From Anthoceros angustus (lineage: Eukaryota; Plantae; Anthocerotophyta): DNA of 64,000 nucleotides. This document shows, piece by piece, positions 1 through 11,185 of this stretch. The notes under the pieces were generated by a model. The model saw only the letters and a list, made by a program, of their open reading frames with translations. It searched no databases and was not told the origin of the DNA. The position numbers and the translations under genes are program-made. The DNA lies in NCBI GenBank assembly GCA_010909165.1, contig MU008167.1:744001-808000 (forward strand). Direction: 5' to 3'. How positions within the stretch are numbered: the first letter of the stretch is position 1; each line of letters begins with the position of its first letter.

Positions 1-300
1 TGAGTATGTAACTCAAAGTGAATGTCACTAGGCCATCGAGGGCTACGAGAGCCGGAGGTAGAAGCACCATCCGGGCGTGACCAGGAGCCAAGAAGGTGTC
101 CAAGATGTGCTAGCGGACTCATCAAAGGTGACAGCGTGCAGTTTGAGTGTGGGTATTCAAGTCCACCACTTGTATGCCTTGCGATCCTCGCCATAGCCCA
201 CAAATACCAACTTACGAGCACGAGCAGAGGGTCGAAGGATATGGGCAGTGGGCATCCAAAGATACGAAGATGAGAGAAGGGTTTACTCCCATGCCAAGAC

Positions 301-1165
301 TCATAAGGAGTCCACCAAGAACGGACTTGAAAGCACTCGAGGCGATATAAGCAGTGATTCCGCCCGTAAGGACTTAGGCAATTGGGATTGAGCGAGCATA
401 GCTCGCGCCATGGCCAAAAGATCACCATTGGCTTTTTCCGCAACTCCATTATGCTGGGAGGTATAGGGAACCGTAAACTGACGAAGGATCCCCCTCTCTT
501 GACAAAAGTACTTGAACTGGTGATTGTTAAGTTCCCCAGCATTGTCAGATCTAATGCACCGCAGCTTACAACCAGTTTGCAGCTCGGCCATAGTAACAAA
601 GAGAGAAAATACACCGAAGGAGTCACTCTTCAAACGAAGCGGGTAAGCAAAAGTATAACGACTGAAGTCATCCACAACAGTCATAAAGTGATTAGCCCCG
701 CCAAGTGAAGAGACAGGGAGTGGCCCACAAAGATCAATGTGGACAAGCTCCAAGGGCTTAGTAGCCCGACGTGCAAGAAGATCAGAATACGGTGAACCGC
801 GTTGCTTAGCATAAATACAAGATTCACACAACGATGGCGTCTTTGTAAAAGTAGGCAGCCTATCCCTAAAAAAATCATGCTTAGACATCTCTAAGAGCTT
901 GGAATGATTAATGTGGCCAAGCCTAAAGTGCCAGAGAAAAGCATCACCAAGACGTGAGCTCCGATGGCGATGGCGGCACCGGTGGAGCCGACGCTGCCAA
1001 CATGGGCTTGCCGTTGAAGACATATAAATCATGGCGAGGATGGCCTCGTGCAATAACACGGCCCGGATGAATAGACCGAGTGAGTAAACAATCACCACGG
1101 CCAAAGTCCAGCCTGTAGATGCCATCCTTAACCAAGTGACGAACGGAGATTAAATTCTTGGCCAT
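301..1165 (-). pseudogene. Copia integrase / GAG-pre-integrase, frameshifted
   Basis: Motifs as above, split over two frames, with a premature end after the QNG-like motif. Confidence 0.9.
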
Positions 1166-2027
1166 CTAAGGTACATGCAGCACATCAGTGAGTAGAAGGG
1201 AAAAACCATCTTCCAATTCGAAAGTCACTGAGCAAGTGCCCGCTATTGAGAGGCCAGAGTCATCGCCAAGCAGAACAAAGCGATGAGGAGCATCAGCCGC
1301 CGAATATGGATCTAGCTACTAGATCAAGTGATCCTCAGGATGTAGGTCTCCAGTCACGCTCTTGCAGCAGAATCGTTAGCACATCGGCTAAGGAAGATCC
1401 AAGATGATGTAGACACTTGGGCGCCGATGATAATCCAAAACCTCGAGCAGAATTACGATTTGATGAGCGTGAACGGGCGGCCTGATCGTGCTTCCTCCTT
1501 GCCTCAGCATGGTTGCGTCGTTATTTGCGACCCATAGTGCTTGTGCTTGAAGATTAAGAGGCTAAAAGCAAAAGCAAAAGTAGGCAGATTGCTTAGAAGA
1601 ATGTAAGCAACAATGATGCTATTCTTAAGCAAAATTAACCTACAAAAGGCCCAATGACTAGGCCTTATAGAATCACAAGAACTAGAAGGGTTTCTAGAAC
1701 CCATAACCAATCAATTTAGAATAATTGGTTTGATTATATGGAAATTGAACTGATGAAAATAATCAGTAAAGTAGCTATGATAATTACTTTACTTAGAAAG
1801 TTCTAAGCTAATTATTTTCACTTAGCAATGGTATGATGGGCAACATGAGTTTCTACATGACTGTAAAACTAGCGGATGCTGCCTATGATGTAGATGATAG
1901 TCTACTATCGGAAATGCATATCGAAATGCATTTTCATCAACTAAAATTGGGTATGAGGTTGCTAGCTTATCTTCCTAAGTTGATTAGAGAAGAAAACTAG
2001 CAACAAAGCCAATGAAATATCACATGA

Positions 2028-2038
2028 CTCTGATACCA
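2028..2038 (-). promoter_or_regulatory. Primer-binding site (tRNA-iMet)
   Basis: + strand CTCTGATACCA = TGGTATCAGAG on the minus strand, directly adjacent to the putative LTR. Confidence 0.9.
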
Positions 2039-2263
2039 AGTTAGAGATGCATATGCGGAAGCGTCTTGTATCAAGCAGATGCTTTATTAACAATGAGTAT
2101 GTTCGGTTCATAGGTGGGCTTATAAAGGATGGTTACGAGGGGGTGTGTCCTTTCACTAGCCTGCTAGTTAACTAACTACCAACTAGTTGAGTCTAGTTTG
2201 ACTAATCCACATTGGGTCTGGTCTAGTCGACCTTAACCAATGCGGTTTGCACTATTTCTAACT
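2039..2263 (-). repeat. Putative 5' LTR (225 bp) with AG...CT termini
   Basis: Abuts the PBS; ends AGTTAGA (2039) and TCTAACT (2263) are a perfect 7-bp inverted pair. The second LTR is not in the window. Confidence 0.6.
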
Positions 2264-3397
2264 TAGATGGCAAGCAAGAATAGACGCCATGCACAACTTG
2301 AAGCGGGACAAAGCACCACTGTAGTCTAGCTTGGTAGGTTCCTTTGATTACTCACAGATTTGGCATAGGCAGGTACCTTGTGTTGGCTCTTGCAAGCATA
2401 GGTGGAGGCGTCCTGATGTTAGCAACATCTGTCTCCTCAACTTCAGCAGTGGGAGCACTAGGTTTTGTGGCACCCTCCAATTTTGGAGCAGTCTGCGAGG
2501 ACAAAGTGGAAATGGATTTACCTGGGTCTATGCCGTTGGGGATTCCCACGAACTTGGGGTTGTTGTCACAAAGCGTTGCCATTGCACCAAAGTGTGGCCA
2601 AGAGAAGTTTGTTTGGCTAGAGCTTGCCTTCATGTCCTTCTCCTTCCTCGGCGTTATTTACGGGCTTTCCGTAGCTAGCCTGGGCTACATGGAAATTGAC
2701 CCTGAGCAGACACCCAAAAAAAAATTAAAACTGCTACGAAGGGCAGATCCGTGCGACATGGTGGCAGCTCAAACTAACCGTCGGCAAACTTCTACAACCC
2801 GTAAGTACTAGCAATGCACAGCATTAGAAAATTGAAAACTGAAGCAACGAAAAGGCTGGCTAGCTATGCCGTCGGGCGTGCAATGTGTGCGTGTGTGACC
2901 ATTTTTTTTGCAGTGTGTTCAGATAGGTTACCAGCAACCGTGCCTGTCTTCATGCCATGATCGATATCTTTAGGTCATTAAATATAATTCCAGGATTTAT
3001 TATACGAATATCCGGATATATTCGTTATTGGTTCCATATGCCAGCTTCGCGCATTGCATTTTCATCGTGCGGGAGGTTCACTCCAGACCGGCTTCGCGCA
3101 CGGCATTCGGCATTTTTATCGAGCGGGAAATTCTCTGGGGTGTGGCGGATTGAAGAATTGGGGAGGGGCGTTTCCTATCGCCACTATGTTCAATGCTTTT
3201 ACAATGTTACAAGAACACCACGGCTCCAAAGTGTGCCCTCGAGGTACTTGAAGATGGCTTCTCATCAACCGACCTACTGCTTTCTGGATTGTTACATCGT
3301 AAACAAACACTGGCTTGAGAAAGCACAGAACTTACAGCGCCCTGTTGGCTTGATGAGAGCAAACGCATCCACGACCAGCCGAATAATTGCATCTCAC

Positions 3398-6134
3398 TTA
3401 CACCTCCAAGCCGGGTTCCCTGTTCCCTTCTGTCCTCTCCCGGTCCAACGTTTGCATCGTCGTGATAAAGCCCTCCACTGTAACTTCAATTCTTCGCAAA
3501 CTCTTTTCAACATTTTGGACGGTGAGATGCAGTGCTTGGGGGTGGACCCTCAGAAGCTTGGAGCAAGCCCGCAGCACTTTGAAATAGTCCTTGTGGACAC
3601 TGAACTGGCCTGTTTTGCCTTTCGTAAAAGTGTACCTCACATAGCTATCTGAACGTAACTTTACCATGCCGGCAGCTATGCTTTTGAAGCCCATCCTGTA
3701 CATTTCCTCGACAACCCCATCCGGAGTCCTACCAACTTCCTCTTCGGCTTCTGCTGGAAAAGGATGTGATTCTACGTCTAGGTCATCAGAATCCGATTCA
3801 GGGGATGCCCGTTCTTCAGGAGATACCTGTGCTTCAGGAGATACTTGTTCTTCAGGAGATTCCTCTACGATCTTTCCTTTGCCTTTATCACGCAACCCAG
3901 GGCTGACAATCGCTCTGCTCTCAAGGCTGCAAAATGCCCCTTGAGACTCTGATGGTTCACCAACAGCTGCAACTTTCTTCGTGTCAGAGGTCTCACCGTG
4001 GGCTGCCGACTCTTCCCTTGATTTCTGGAAACAAGAAGCCAAGGCCAAAGCTAAACATATTTCCTTGTTCCAGAAGACTGAAAGCTGCGATAATGTGGGA
4101 TGACTAAACCAGCTAAAAGGCTTCTGATATACTCGTCACCTGCTTAGACAGCTTCTCAAAGAGCCGATGGAACCGAGTTTGAAACTTTTGTTCATCATAA
4201 GCAAGGTCGAATGGAGGAAATATGACATCTTGGCAGTACTTGGTATAAGATTCCAGGTCCTTCTCAAATTCTGCACGGTCAAGCCGGACTGATGTCAGCA
4301 CTAGCATTCTGTCGTTAAACTAAAATGACAACCGATGAAAGCTGTGCTGTGTTGCTAGTAAGACTCAATGCACCACTCCTAAGGCAAGCAAGAGTGGCAG
4401 GACGTCAACCTACCAAACGTATAAAAATTCTGTTGTAAAGATTCGAGCTTCTCCAGCATTTGCTGTGTGGGCCATTCATCACAGCTCCTGGATTCCTCCT
4501 CTCTAACGCCTTTTCCAGCTTGATGCACTCCTGACTTGGCAGATTTCGTATTCCTATCTGCCGCTTCATCCTCCTCTTCACCCCCGCTTTGACCATCAAG
4601 CTTGTAAAAAATTTTCATGAGAACAACCAGAATGGCCATAACATATACACGTGTGGGCATATCCTCCTCTCTTGCGGACAGCCAAAGCCCAGGGGGGGTG
4701 TACCACTGATACAGCCTATCCCCATGAATCATCAAACGCTGTACAGGAAGCCCTAGTTCACCTGCAAAGCGTCTGAAGATACCATGGAAGTTGACAGGAG
4801 GCACCTGTAATCCAATCAGGTCTGCTATGTGCCCAGCCAGGAGCTCCACGTTCCAGGCACTTGGCACACTGTTTGGCTGGAACATGACCCTCACACTAAG
4901 AGGAAGCTGCATAGCTTCCTCCACAACAACACCATTTCGTATCACAGGCTTAACCAACTCGGTGAAGGCTGCAAGATAAGGTAACGACCCCTCATAAGCC
5001 CAGCCTGTGATGTCTGTGGGCAGTATAGTCTCCCGAACCACGTAACAGGCCAGATACACTATGGCAAGAGTAACTCTCAAAGGAACCCTCTGCTTAAGAG
5101 CTCGCAGCCACACATAATTGGCTTGCACATTGAAAGACGTTCGAGGCTGCTGGTGTCTAATTCCTTCATCTGTCTTCTTACTCTTCTTCTTGTGGCTCCC
5201 AACAATGTCGTCCATATTGTCCTCGACTTCATCCTCTTCCTCCTCCTCTACAGTCACTGCAACACGGAAAAACTCAGCACACGCTCCACAGGCTGCAACA
5301 TCTCACAAATTGTCACGTCAAAAGCCTCATCTCAGTTAGAGAAGGCAAAAGGACACCTTTCTTAACTCGCCGCTTGTTGGACACCTTGCTCTTCTCAGCC
5401 GCCTCAGCAATATCCAGCGCCTCCTGAGCCCAGACTCTGTCAAAAATGTGAGAAGCAGCCAGAAAACGGGGCCAGATGGAGGCAAAGGCCCCGCAAATCA
5501 TAGGCGTGACTTTGAACTTCCCCATCAAGGTCTCGCACTGCATTTGCACCATCCGCTCCAACCCTTGGATGTAGGTCTTCCGCACGGTGTTGGAGAACTT
5601 CTCAAACAGGATGCTCTCCACCTGGGCCCTGAGCTCCGGGGCAGCCAGGGCGGCCAGCTTGCTACTCTGCTGAGACAGGCCCTGGGAGGAAGACCCAGGC
5701 TGCGAGGCCTGGGCCGCGGCAGCCTTGCCTGCTGCCTCGATCTGTGCAGCCAGGTAGCAGGACGCAAATGTGGAGCCCAGATGCTGGCTATACTGACTTG
5801 CCACCTGGTGGGAGAAGTTGGGATACTGCGCCCCGAACACAGTGTCCGGCCCGCAGTCGTCCAGGAAGGTGGCGAAGGGCGCATCCTCCAGCTCGTCCCC
5901 GAAGATGGCTTCCAGATGAGCCTGCACCTGGGAAGCCAGGCCCTCGTTGCGGGCCACGTTGTACTCTCTCACGTGGCAGCGGTTGAATGCCCCCTGATTG
6001 TCGTCATCGAAGCATTCCTCCTGGTACTTCTGCGACTGAGATGCGCACACTGTGCAGTACATGAACCCATCATCCGCAATCTGCAGCTCAAACCCCCCGC
6101 AGCTGTCGCAGATGTTCAGGTCGTCCACATCCAT
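3398..6134 (-). CDS. TAF1B: TATA-binding protein-associated factor RNA Pol I subunit B (RRN7/TAF1B/MEE12-like), multi-exon
   Basis: N-terminal Zn ribbon CDSCGG...YCTVCASQSQ (5313..6134); cyclin-fold segment TLAIVYLACYVVRETILPTDITGWAYEGSLPY (4379..5257); C-terminal HKDYFKVLRACSKLLRV...VEKSL (3398..4048); GT-AG introns between segments. Exact junctions are approximate. Confidence 0.85.
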
Positions 6135-6269
6135 CTGCTCTGCTCTCTTATGCTATGCCCTGCTGTGCTGCCCACGCCGCCCCTCTCTATCAGTCTCTTG
6201 CGCCCCAGCTGAAGGGCTCCACAGGCAATCAATGCCCCGCAATTCAAGTATCAAACACCCGCATTCCAA

Positions 6270-6660
6270 AGGAGCCCAGTTGGGCGGCGCCGACTGCCTC
6301 ATTCCGGTTGGGGGAACGAGCATGCACCCCATCCCAGGTAGGCAACCATAGTCGGAGAGCAATTGGAGTAACGTCAGACCCCGACCCCAAGAGCCCAGTT
6401 GGGTGCACGCGCCCCATTCCAGGTCCGTTCCAAAGAGCTCAGTTGGGGATGCATCGATTCCAGGCCCCATTCCAAAGCGTCGACAATACCTACCAGAATC
6501 CAGATTAGTTGGGGTATGCACCCATCCCAGGCCCCATTCCAAAGCGCCCAGTACACCTATAAGGATCCAGATCAGTTGAGGCAGGCACCCATGCCAGGCC
6601 CGCCCCATCCCGAAGACCCACAGTAGTAGAAGGGTCCAGATTAGTTGGGGTATGCTCCCC
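6270..6660. repeat. Degenerate tandem array (about 5 units of 45-70 bp) in the TAF1B/PPR divergent intergenic region
   Basis: Core CAGTTGGGG..GCACCCAT.CCAGGCCCCATTCCAAAG recurs at about 6396, 6440, 6505, 6572 and 6641. Confidence 0.75.
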
Positions 6661-7481
6661 ATTCGTGCAACCGGAGAGTTCCGATGTATTCAGAAAGGGA
6701 GTATGCATGGAGATGCCTGCACGTCGACACCCGACGAGTACGGCCCGTAAGGCCACGACATTATGGAGAACGAACGTCCTACGGTTCGGGACGGGACATC
6801 CACCCTATGCATGCATAGAAATGCCCCACGCCCAACCTCTACCATGACAGACCAGAAATGCAGAAGGACGGATCCATTAAAGCCAGAAATGCAGAAGACT
6901 TGTCACAGCCTCCAGTCTCCAGACCTCGTTCCCGTTCAGCCCGATTCAAGGAAGCCAACCATTGGAAAAGTGCACCACCTTTGTCCCCTTCAATCTCGGA
7001 AAAGTGCACCACCTTTGTCGTTCAGGACATGCAACGTTGGTTAACCTGGGAACGTGAAATCAGCAGTTCGAGTCGCCGGAACAGCGAACGGACTCCACAT
7101 CAAATCTCCACACATCAGATGTAATCCTGACAGTAAACGTGCAACAGCTTTGCCAGAAAACTAGCTCACTCATCTGGTACCCATAATTACCAACGCGTTG
7201 TGATGCAATTGAATGGCAGTGGCAAATGGCAATTGCAAACAGCTCCCGCTCACCTGACTGGACGGAACCGAGGGAGTCTCCGAAGAAAGCAGCATCCTTA
7301 GCTTGTGAGGAACGCTAACCCCTCTCCTTCATGAACTGCACAGGGGAGACAGGGGTCTTACACGGAAGGAATTGGGCAAGAGCTCTTGTGGCCCCAGACA
7401 GCCACTTGTCGAAGCCACTTGCGCGTTTGGCCCAGGATTTCCTTTCGGAGATCACCAATTCCACGAAGCCATCTACCTTGG

Positions 7482-10400
7482 ATGGCTGCCCAGCTGGCTG
7501 CTCCGAATATACACAAAGGTGTTGCTGCTGCTGGGTCCAGCTGGAGCGTGCCGGATGATGGTCACCCTCTCAGGCCAGCAGGATACGGAAGGGCCGTGAC
7601 GGCTGAAACTGTGAGCAAACTATGTGAGCAGGGGCAAGTCGAGGGGGCCATTGAGGCTCTTGGAGTTCTGGTGCGCACAGATTGTCATATTACCACATCT
7701 CTGTTTTATCATGTCCTACGGGAATGTGTGGTTAAGAAGGATCTGCCTCTGGGTCGCCGTGTTCATGCTCTCTCCGTGAAGCAGGGGTATGAGTCGGACA
7801 CGTTCGTTTGCAGCCACATCCTACGAATGTATGCCTCTCATGCCAGGCTGCAAGAAGCTACGGATGTGTTCGCTATGCTTGCCAAACCCGATGCTTTCGC
7901 CTGGTCTGCCATCATTTCCGCACACGTTAAACTCGGACAAGATAAACAGGCCATACGACTGTATCACCAGATGCGGAAGTCAAGTGTGAAACCAGATGGC
8001 CATGTGTTTGTAGCAGCCCTGCATGCTTGTGCAAGGGGACTGGACTTGGAATCTGGGCATCAGGTGCATGCCCATGTGTTGGCTACTGGTGTCGAGTTTG
8101 ATTTGTTTGTTTGTAGTTGTTTGGTGGACATGTATGCAAAGTGTGGCAGCTTGGAAGACGCTCAGAGAGTGTTTGACGGGCTTCCCCGAAAGGATGTGGT
8201 GGTGTGGAATGCCATCATCGCAGGATATTCCCAGCATCGCAGGGGTCAGGAAGCCCTTCGTCTTTATGCCTCTATGCAGCAAGGACGTGAGGCTCTGCCC
8301 AATTCTGTCACATTTGTGTCCCTCCTGCTGGCTTGTGCGAGTCTTGGCAGCCCAGCTTTGGAGGAGGGGAAGCAGCTTCATGCACAGATTAGAGAACGAG
8401 GACTTCAGGCTGACCCAGTTGTAGGTGGGAGCCTGGTAAACATGTACGCAAAGTGTGGCAGCCTGGAGGATGCCCGGGCTGTTTTTGACAGACTTGTTGA
8501 AAAAAATGCTGTGACGTGGAATGCCATGATAGCAGGATACTCCCAGAATGGCATGGGTCAGGAAGCCCTTTGTCTTTATGGTTCTATGCAACAGAAAGGC
8601 ATGGCTGCACCCAATTCCGCCACGTTTGTGTCCCTTCTGCAGGCATGTGCAGGTGTAGGCACTGCGGCTTTGGAGAAGGGGTCCCAGCTTCATGTACAGA
8701 TTACAGAACGAGGACTTCAGGCTGATGTAGTTGTAGGTGGCAGCCTGGTGAATATGTATGCAAAGTGTGGCAGGCTAGTGGATGCACGGGGCGTGTTTGA
8801 TGGACTTGGTCAGAAAAATGTGTTCACGTGGAATGCCATGATAGCAGCATATTCCCAGCAGGGGATGGAGGAGGAAGCCTTTCGACTTTACCGAACTATG
8901 CAGCAAGAAGGCATTGTTGCACCCGATGCCGTGACATTTGCATCCCTCCTGCAGGCATGTGCAAGTTTGGGCACCCCTGCTTTAGAGAAGGGGAGGCAGC
9001 TGCATGCACACATTAGAGAACGAGGCCTGCAAGCTGATACGTTTGTGGGCAGCAGTTTGGTAAACATGTATGCAAAGTGTGGCAGCCTAGACGTGGCTCG
9101 AACAGTTTTTGATGGACTCTGTACAAAAAATGTGGTGACATGGAGTGCCATGATAGCAGGATATTCACAACAGGGCATGGGGCAGGAAGCCCATCATCTC
9201 TACTATGCAATGCAAGAGGACGGCAGTGCTACACCCAACTCTGTGACATTTGTGTGTCTCTTGCAGGCATGTGGAAATATGGGCACCCTAGGTTTGGAGA
9301 CGGGAAAGCAGCTTCATGCCCAAATTAAGGAACGAGATCTTCAGGCTGATATGTTTGTTGCCAACAGCTTGGTAAGCATGTATTCAAAGTGCAACAGCCT
9401 AGTGGATGCTCAGGTTGTGTTTGACGGCCTTGCTCAGAAAAATGTGGTGACGTGGAATGCCATGATTGCAGGATACTCCCAGCAGGGCATGGGGCAGGAA
9501 GCCCTTCGTCTTTACAGGGCTATGCAGGAAGAAGGCATTGTTGCCCCCGATTGCATGACATTTGTGAGCCTGCTGCAGGCATGCGCCACAGTGGGGAACC
9601 TAGCTTTGGAGAGAGGAAAGCAGCTTCATGCACAAATCAAAGAACGAGAACTTCAAGCTGATATGTTTGTAGCGTGCAGTTTAGTAAGCATGTATGCAAA
9701 GTGTGGCAGCGTAGAGGATGCTCAGGGTGTCTTTGATGCACTTCCTCAGAAAGATGTGGCTACGTGGAGTGCCATGATAGCGGGATATGCCCAGAAGGAC
9801 ATGGGGCAGCAAGCCCTTAGTCTCTACAGGGCTATGCAAGAGGAAGGCCTTGCTGCATCTGATTCTGTGACATTTGTGTCTCTCCTCCAAGTATGTGCAA
9901 ATGTAGCAGCTTTGCAACTGGGTAGGCAGCTTCATGCACAGATCAAAGAGCAAGGGCTTCAAGCGGATGTGCTTGTGGGTGGCAGTTTAATATACATGTA
10001 TGGAAAGTGCGGCAGCATGGGTGACGCACAGCAGGTGTTTGAAGCATTGTCCGAAAAAGACGAAATCACGTGGAATGCACTAATGGCAGGATACGTACAT
10101 CAGGGAGACAGTGAAGAGGTCTTCAATTTGTTGCTCAGAATGAGAAAGGATGGCATACAGCCAGATGGCGTCACGTTCCTCAGTGTGCTGACAGTATGCG
10201 GTCATACGGGTCTGGTGAACGAGGGGCGAGAGTACTTTGAGGCTATGAGCAGGCAATATGGCATCACTCCGGGGGTGGACCACTACACGTGCATGGTGGA
10301 TCTTCTGGGTCGTGCAGGACAAGTGGAGGACGCATTAGCTTTAGTACAGGCAATGCCTGTACCACCTGATGCAGCAGTTTGGCACACTCTATTGAGCGCT

Positions 10401-10667
10401 TGTCGAAAGTGGAGCAATGTGGAGGTGGGACAAAGTGCTTTTGATGAAGCAATGAAGCTAGACAAGCAAGATACTGCAGCATATCTGTTGATGTGGAACG
10501 TTTACAGCGGTGCCCAGATGTGGGAGAGGGCACAGGGGATGCGGTCAAGGAGAGCAAGAATCAGGGCACGGAAGCAGCCAGGCCAGAGCTGGTGGACCGA
10601 CATGCATGGACTGGTTCATAGTTTTTCGGTCGGGTGTAAGAAGTGTCCTGGGAGTGAAGAATGCTGA
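7482..10667 (+). CDS. PLS-class pentatricopeptide repeat protein (26 P/L/S motifs, E1, E2, truncated DYW of WW type); organellar RNA-editing specificity factor
   Basis: Single-exon ORF (first in-frame ATG 7482; track starts at TTG 7386). L-S-P triplets repeat with about 312-bp period (MYAKCGS...VVTWNAMIAGY...TFVSLLQAC); P2-L2-S2 (VDHYTCMVDLLGRAG); E1/E2; PG-box variant PGQSWWTD followed by HSFSVG and a stop. Confidence 0.95.
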   Translation: MAAQLAAPNIHKGVAAAGSSWSVPDDGHPLRPAGYGRAVTAETVSKLCEQGQVEGAIEALGVLVRTDCHITTSLFYHVLRECVVKKDLPLGRRVHALSVKQGYESDTFVCSHILRMYASHARLQEATDVFAMLAKPDAFAWSAIISAHVKLGQDKQAIRLYHQMRKSSVKPDGHVFVAALHACARGLDLESGHQVHAHVLATGVEFDLFVCSCLVDMYAKCGSLEDAQRVFDGLPRKDVVVWNAIIAGYSQHRRGQEALRLYASMQQGREALPNSVTFVSLLLACASLGSPALEEGKQLHAQIRERGLQADPVVGGSLVNMYAKCGSLEDARAVFDRLVEKNAVTWNAMIAGYSQNGMGQEALCLYGSMQQKGMAAPNSATFVSLLQACAGVGTAALEKGSQLHVQITERGLQADVVVGGSLVNMYAKCGRLVDARGVFDGLGQKNVFTWNAMIAAYSQQGMEEEAFRLYRTMQQEGIVAPDAVTFASLLQACASLGTPALEKGRQLHAHIRERGLQADTFVGSSLVNMYAKCGSLDVARTVFDGLCTKNVVTWSAMIAGYSQQGMGQEAHHLYYAMQEDGSATPNSVTFVCLLQACGNMGTLGLETGKQLHAQIKERDLQADMFVANSLVSMYSKCNSLVDAQVVFDGLAQKNVVTWNAMIAGYSQQGMGQEALRLYRAMQEEGIVAPDCMTFVSLLQACATVGNLALERGKQLHAQIKERELQADMFVACSLVSMYAKCGSVEDAQGVFDALPQKDVATWSAMIAGYAQKDMGQQALSLYRAMQEEGLAASDSVTFVSLLQVCANVAALQLGRQLHAQIKEQGLQADVLVGGSLIYMYGKCGSMGDAQQVFEALSEKDEITWNALMAGYVHQGDSEEVFNLLLRMRKDGIQPDGVTFLSVLTVCGHTGLVNEGREYFEAMSRQYGITPGVDHYTCMVDLLGRAGQVEDALALVQAMPVPPDAAVWHTLLSACRKWSNVEVGQSAFDEAMKLDKQDTAAYLLMWNVYSGAQMWERAQGMRSRRARIRARKQPGQSWWTDMHGLVHSFSVGCKKCPGSEEC

Positions 10668-10674
10668 CTCTTGA

Positions 10675-10770
10675 ATGAGTAGGGAAGGTTACGTGCTACG
10701 TGTGGACTCGGTTTCTGGCAGAAGTATCTGATGAGGATAGGCCATTTACCTCTGAGTGCACAGCGAGGAA
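10675..10770 (+). pseudogene. Decayed remainder of the DYW domain downstream of the PPR stop
   Basis: Shifted frames read MSREGYVLRVDSV / VSDEDR / L*VHSE, collinear with DYW consensus ...EGYVP..D.V...SD..KE..LC.HSE. Confidence 0.6.
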
Positions 10771-11185
10771 CGTTCAGGTACGCAGTGTAGAGAGTGAAGC
10801 CCCAGAATAATCGACAGCGTTGTTCCGCTTCCGTACACATGGAGAAGTTGGTGATGCCTTCGAAAGCCAAACTCTCGAAGGGATGCCAATTCCCATGCCC
10901 AACTGAAGAGTTCCAGACGCAACATGCAGGGCTAAGAAGAGACAACAGGGTGCACCTTCAAGGTCGTGTTGGTGAAGCAGAAGTCCGGGGGCAATGGCTT
11001 CTGAAACAGCTTTGTGCAGGCGTCTTTCTGGATGTAATATGCAGGTTGTCAATGGCCTCCGAAGTCCTTACCAAGTTTGTTGGCGAGACAAAAGAAGAAC
11101 TTGAGGGCGGCATCAAGGGGATGGCCAAGAGCTTTCCAGTTCAAATCTAATGCTGGCTGAAACTAGGTCTGGCTGAGACGATTGA

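Larger units (their letters stand above)
1..2263 (-). mobile_element. Ty1/Copia LTR retrotransposon, 5' part (5' LTR, PBS, decayed gag-protease, integrase); continues beyond the left edge
   Basis: ORF 301..1125 has GAG-pre-integrase (LWHFRLGHIN...CESCIYAKQ) and rve core (LELVHIDLCGP...VDDFSRYTF...IRSDNAGE...QHNGVAEKAN). Frameshifted 944..1165 begins AKNLISVRHL. PBS TGGTATCAGAG on the minus strand at 2028-2038. Confidence 0.9.

Noticed and set aside
2344-3652. ORFs 2344..2811 (+) and 2957..3652 (+)
   Set aside because: Alternative-start ORFs with no recognisable motifs; the second overlaps the TAF1B last exon in antisense.
5448-6212. 254-aa plus-strand ORF
   Set aside because: Antisense shadow of TAF1B exon 1 in GC-rich codons.
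6270-6660. CRISPR-like array
   Set aside because: Repeats are degenerate, spacers irregular and partly related to each other, there are no cas genes, and the context is a plant nuclear genome.
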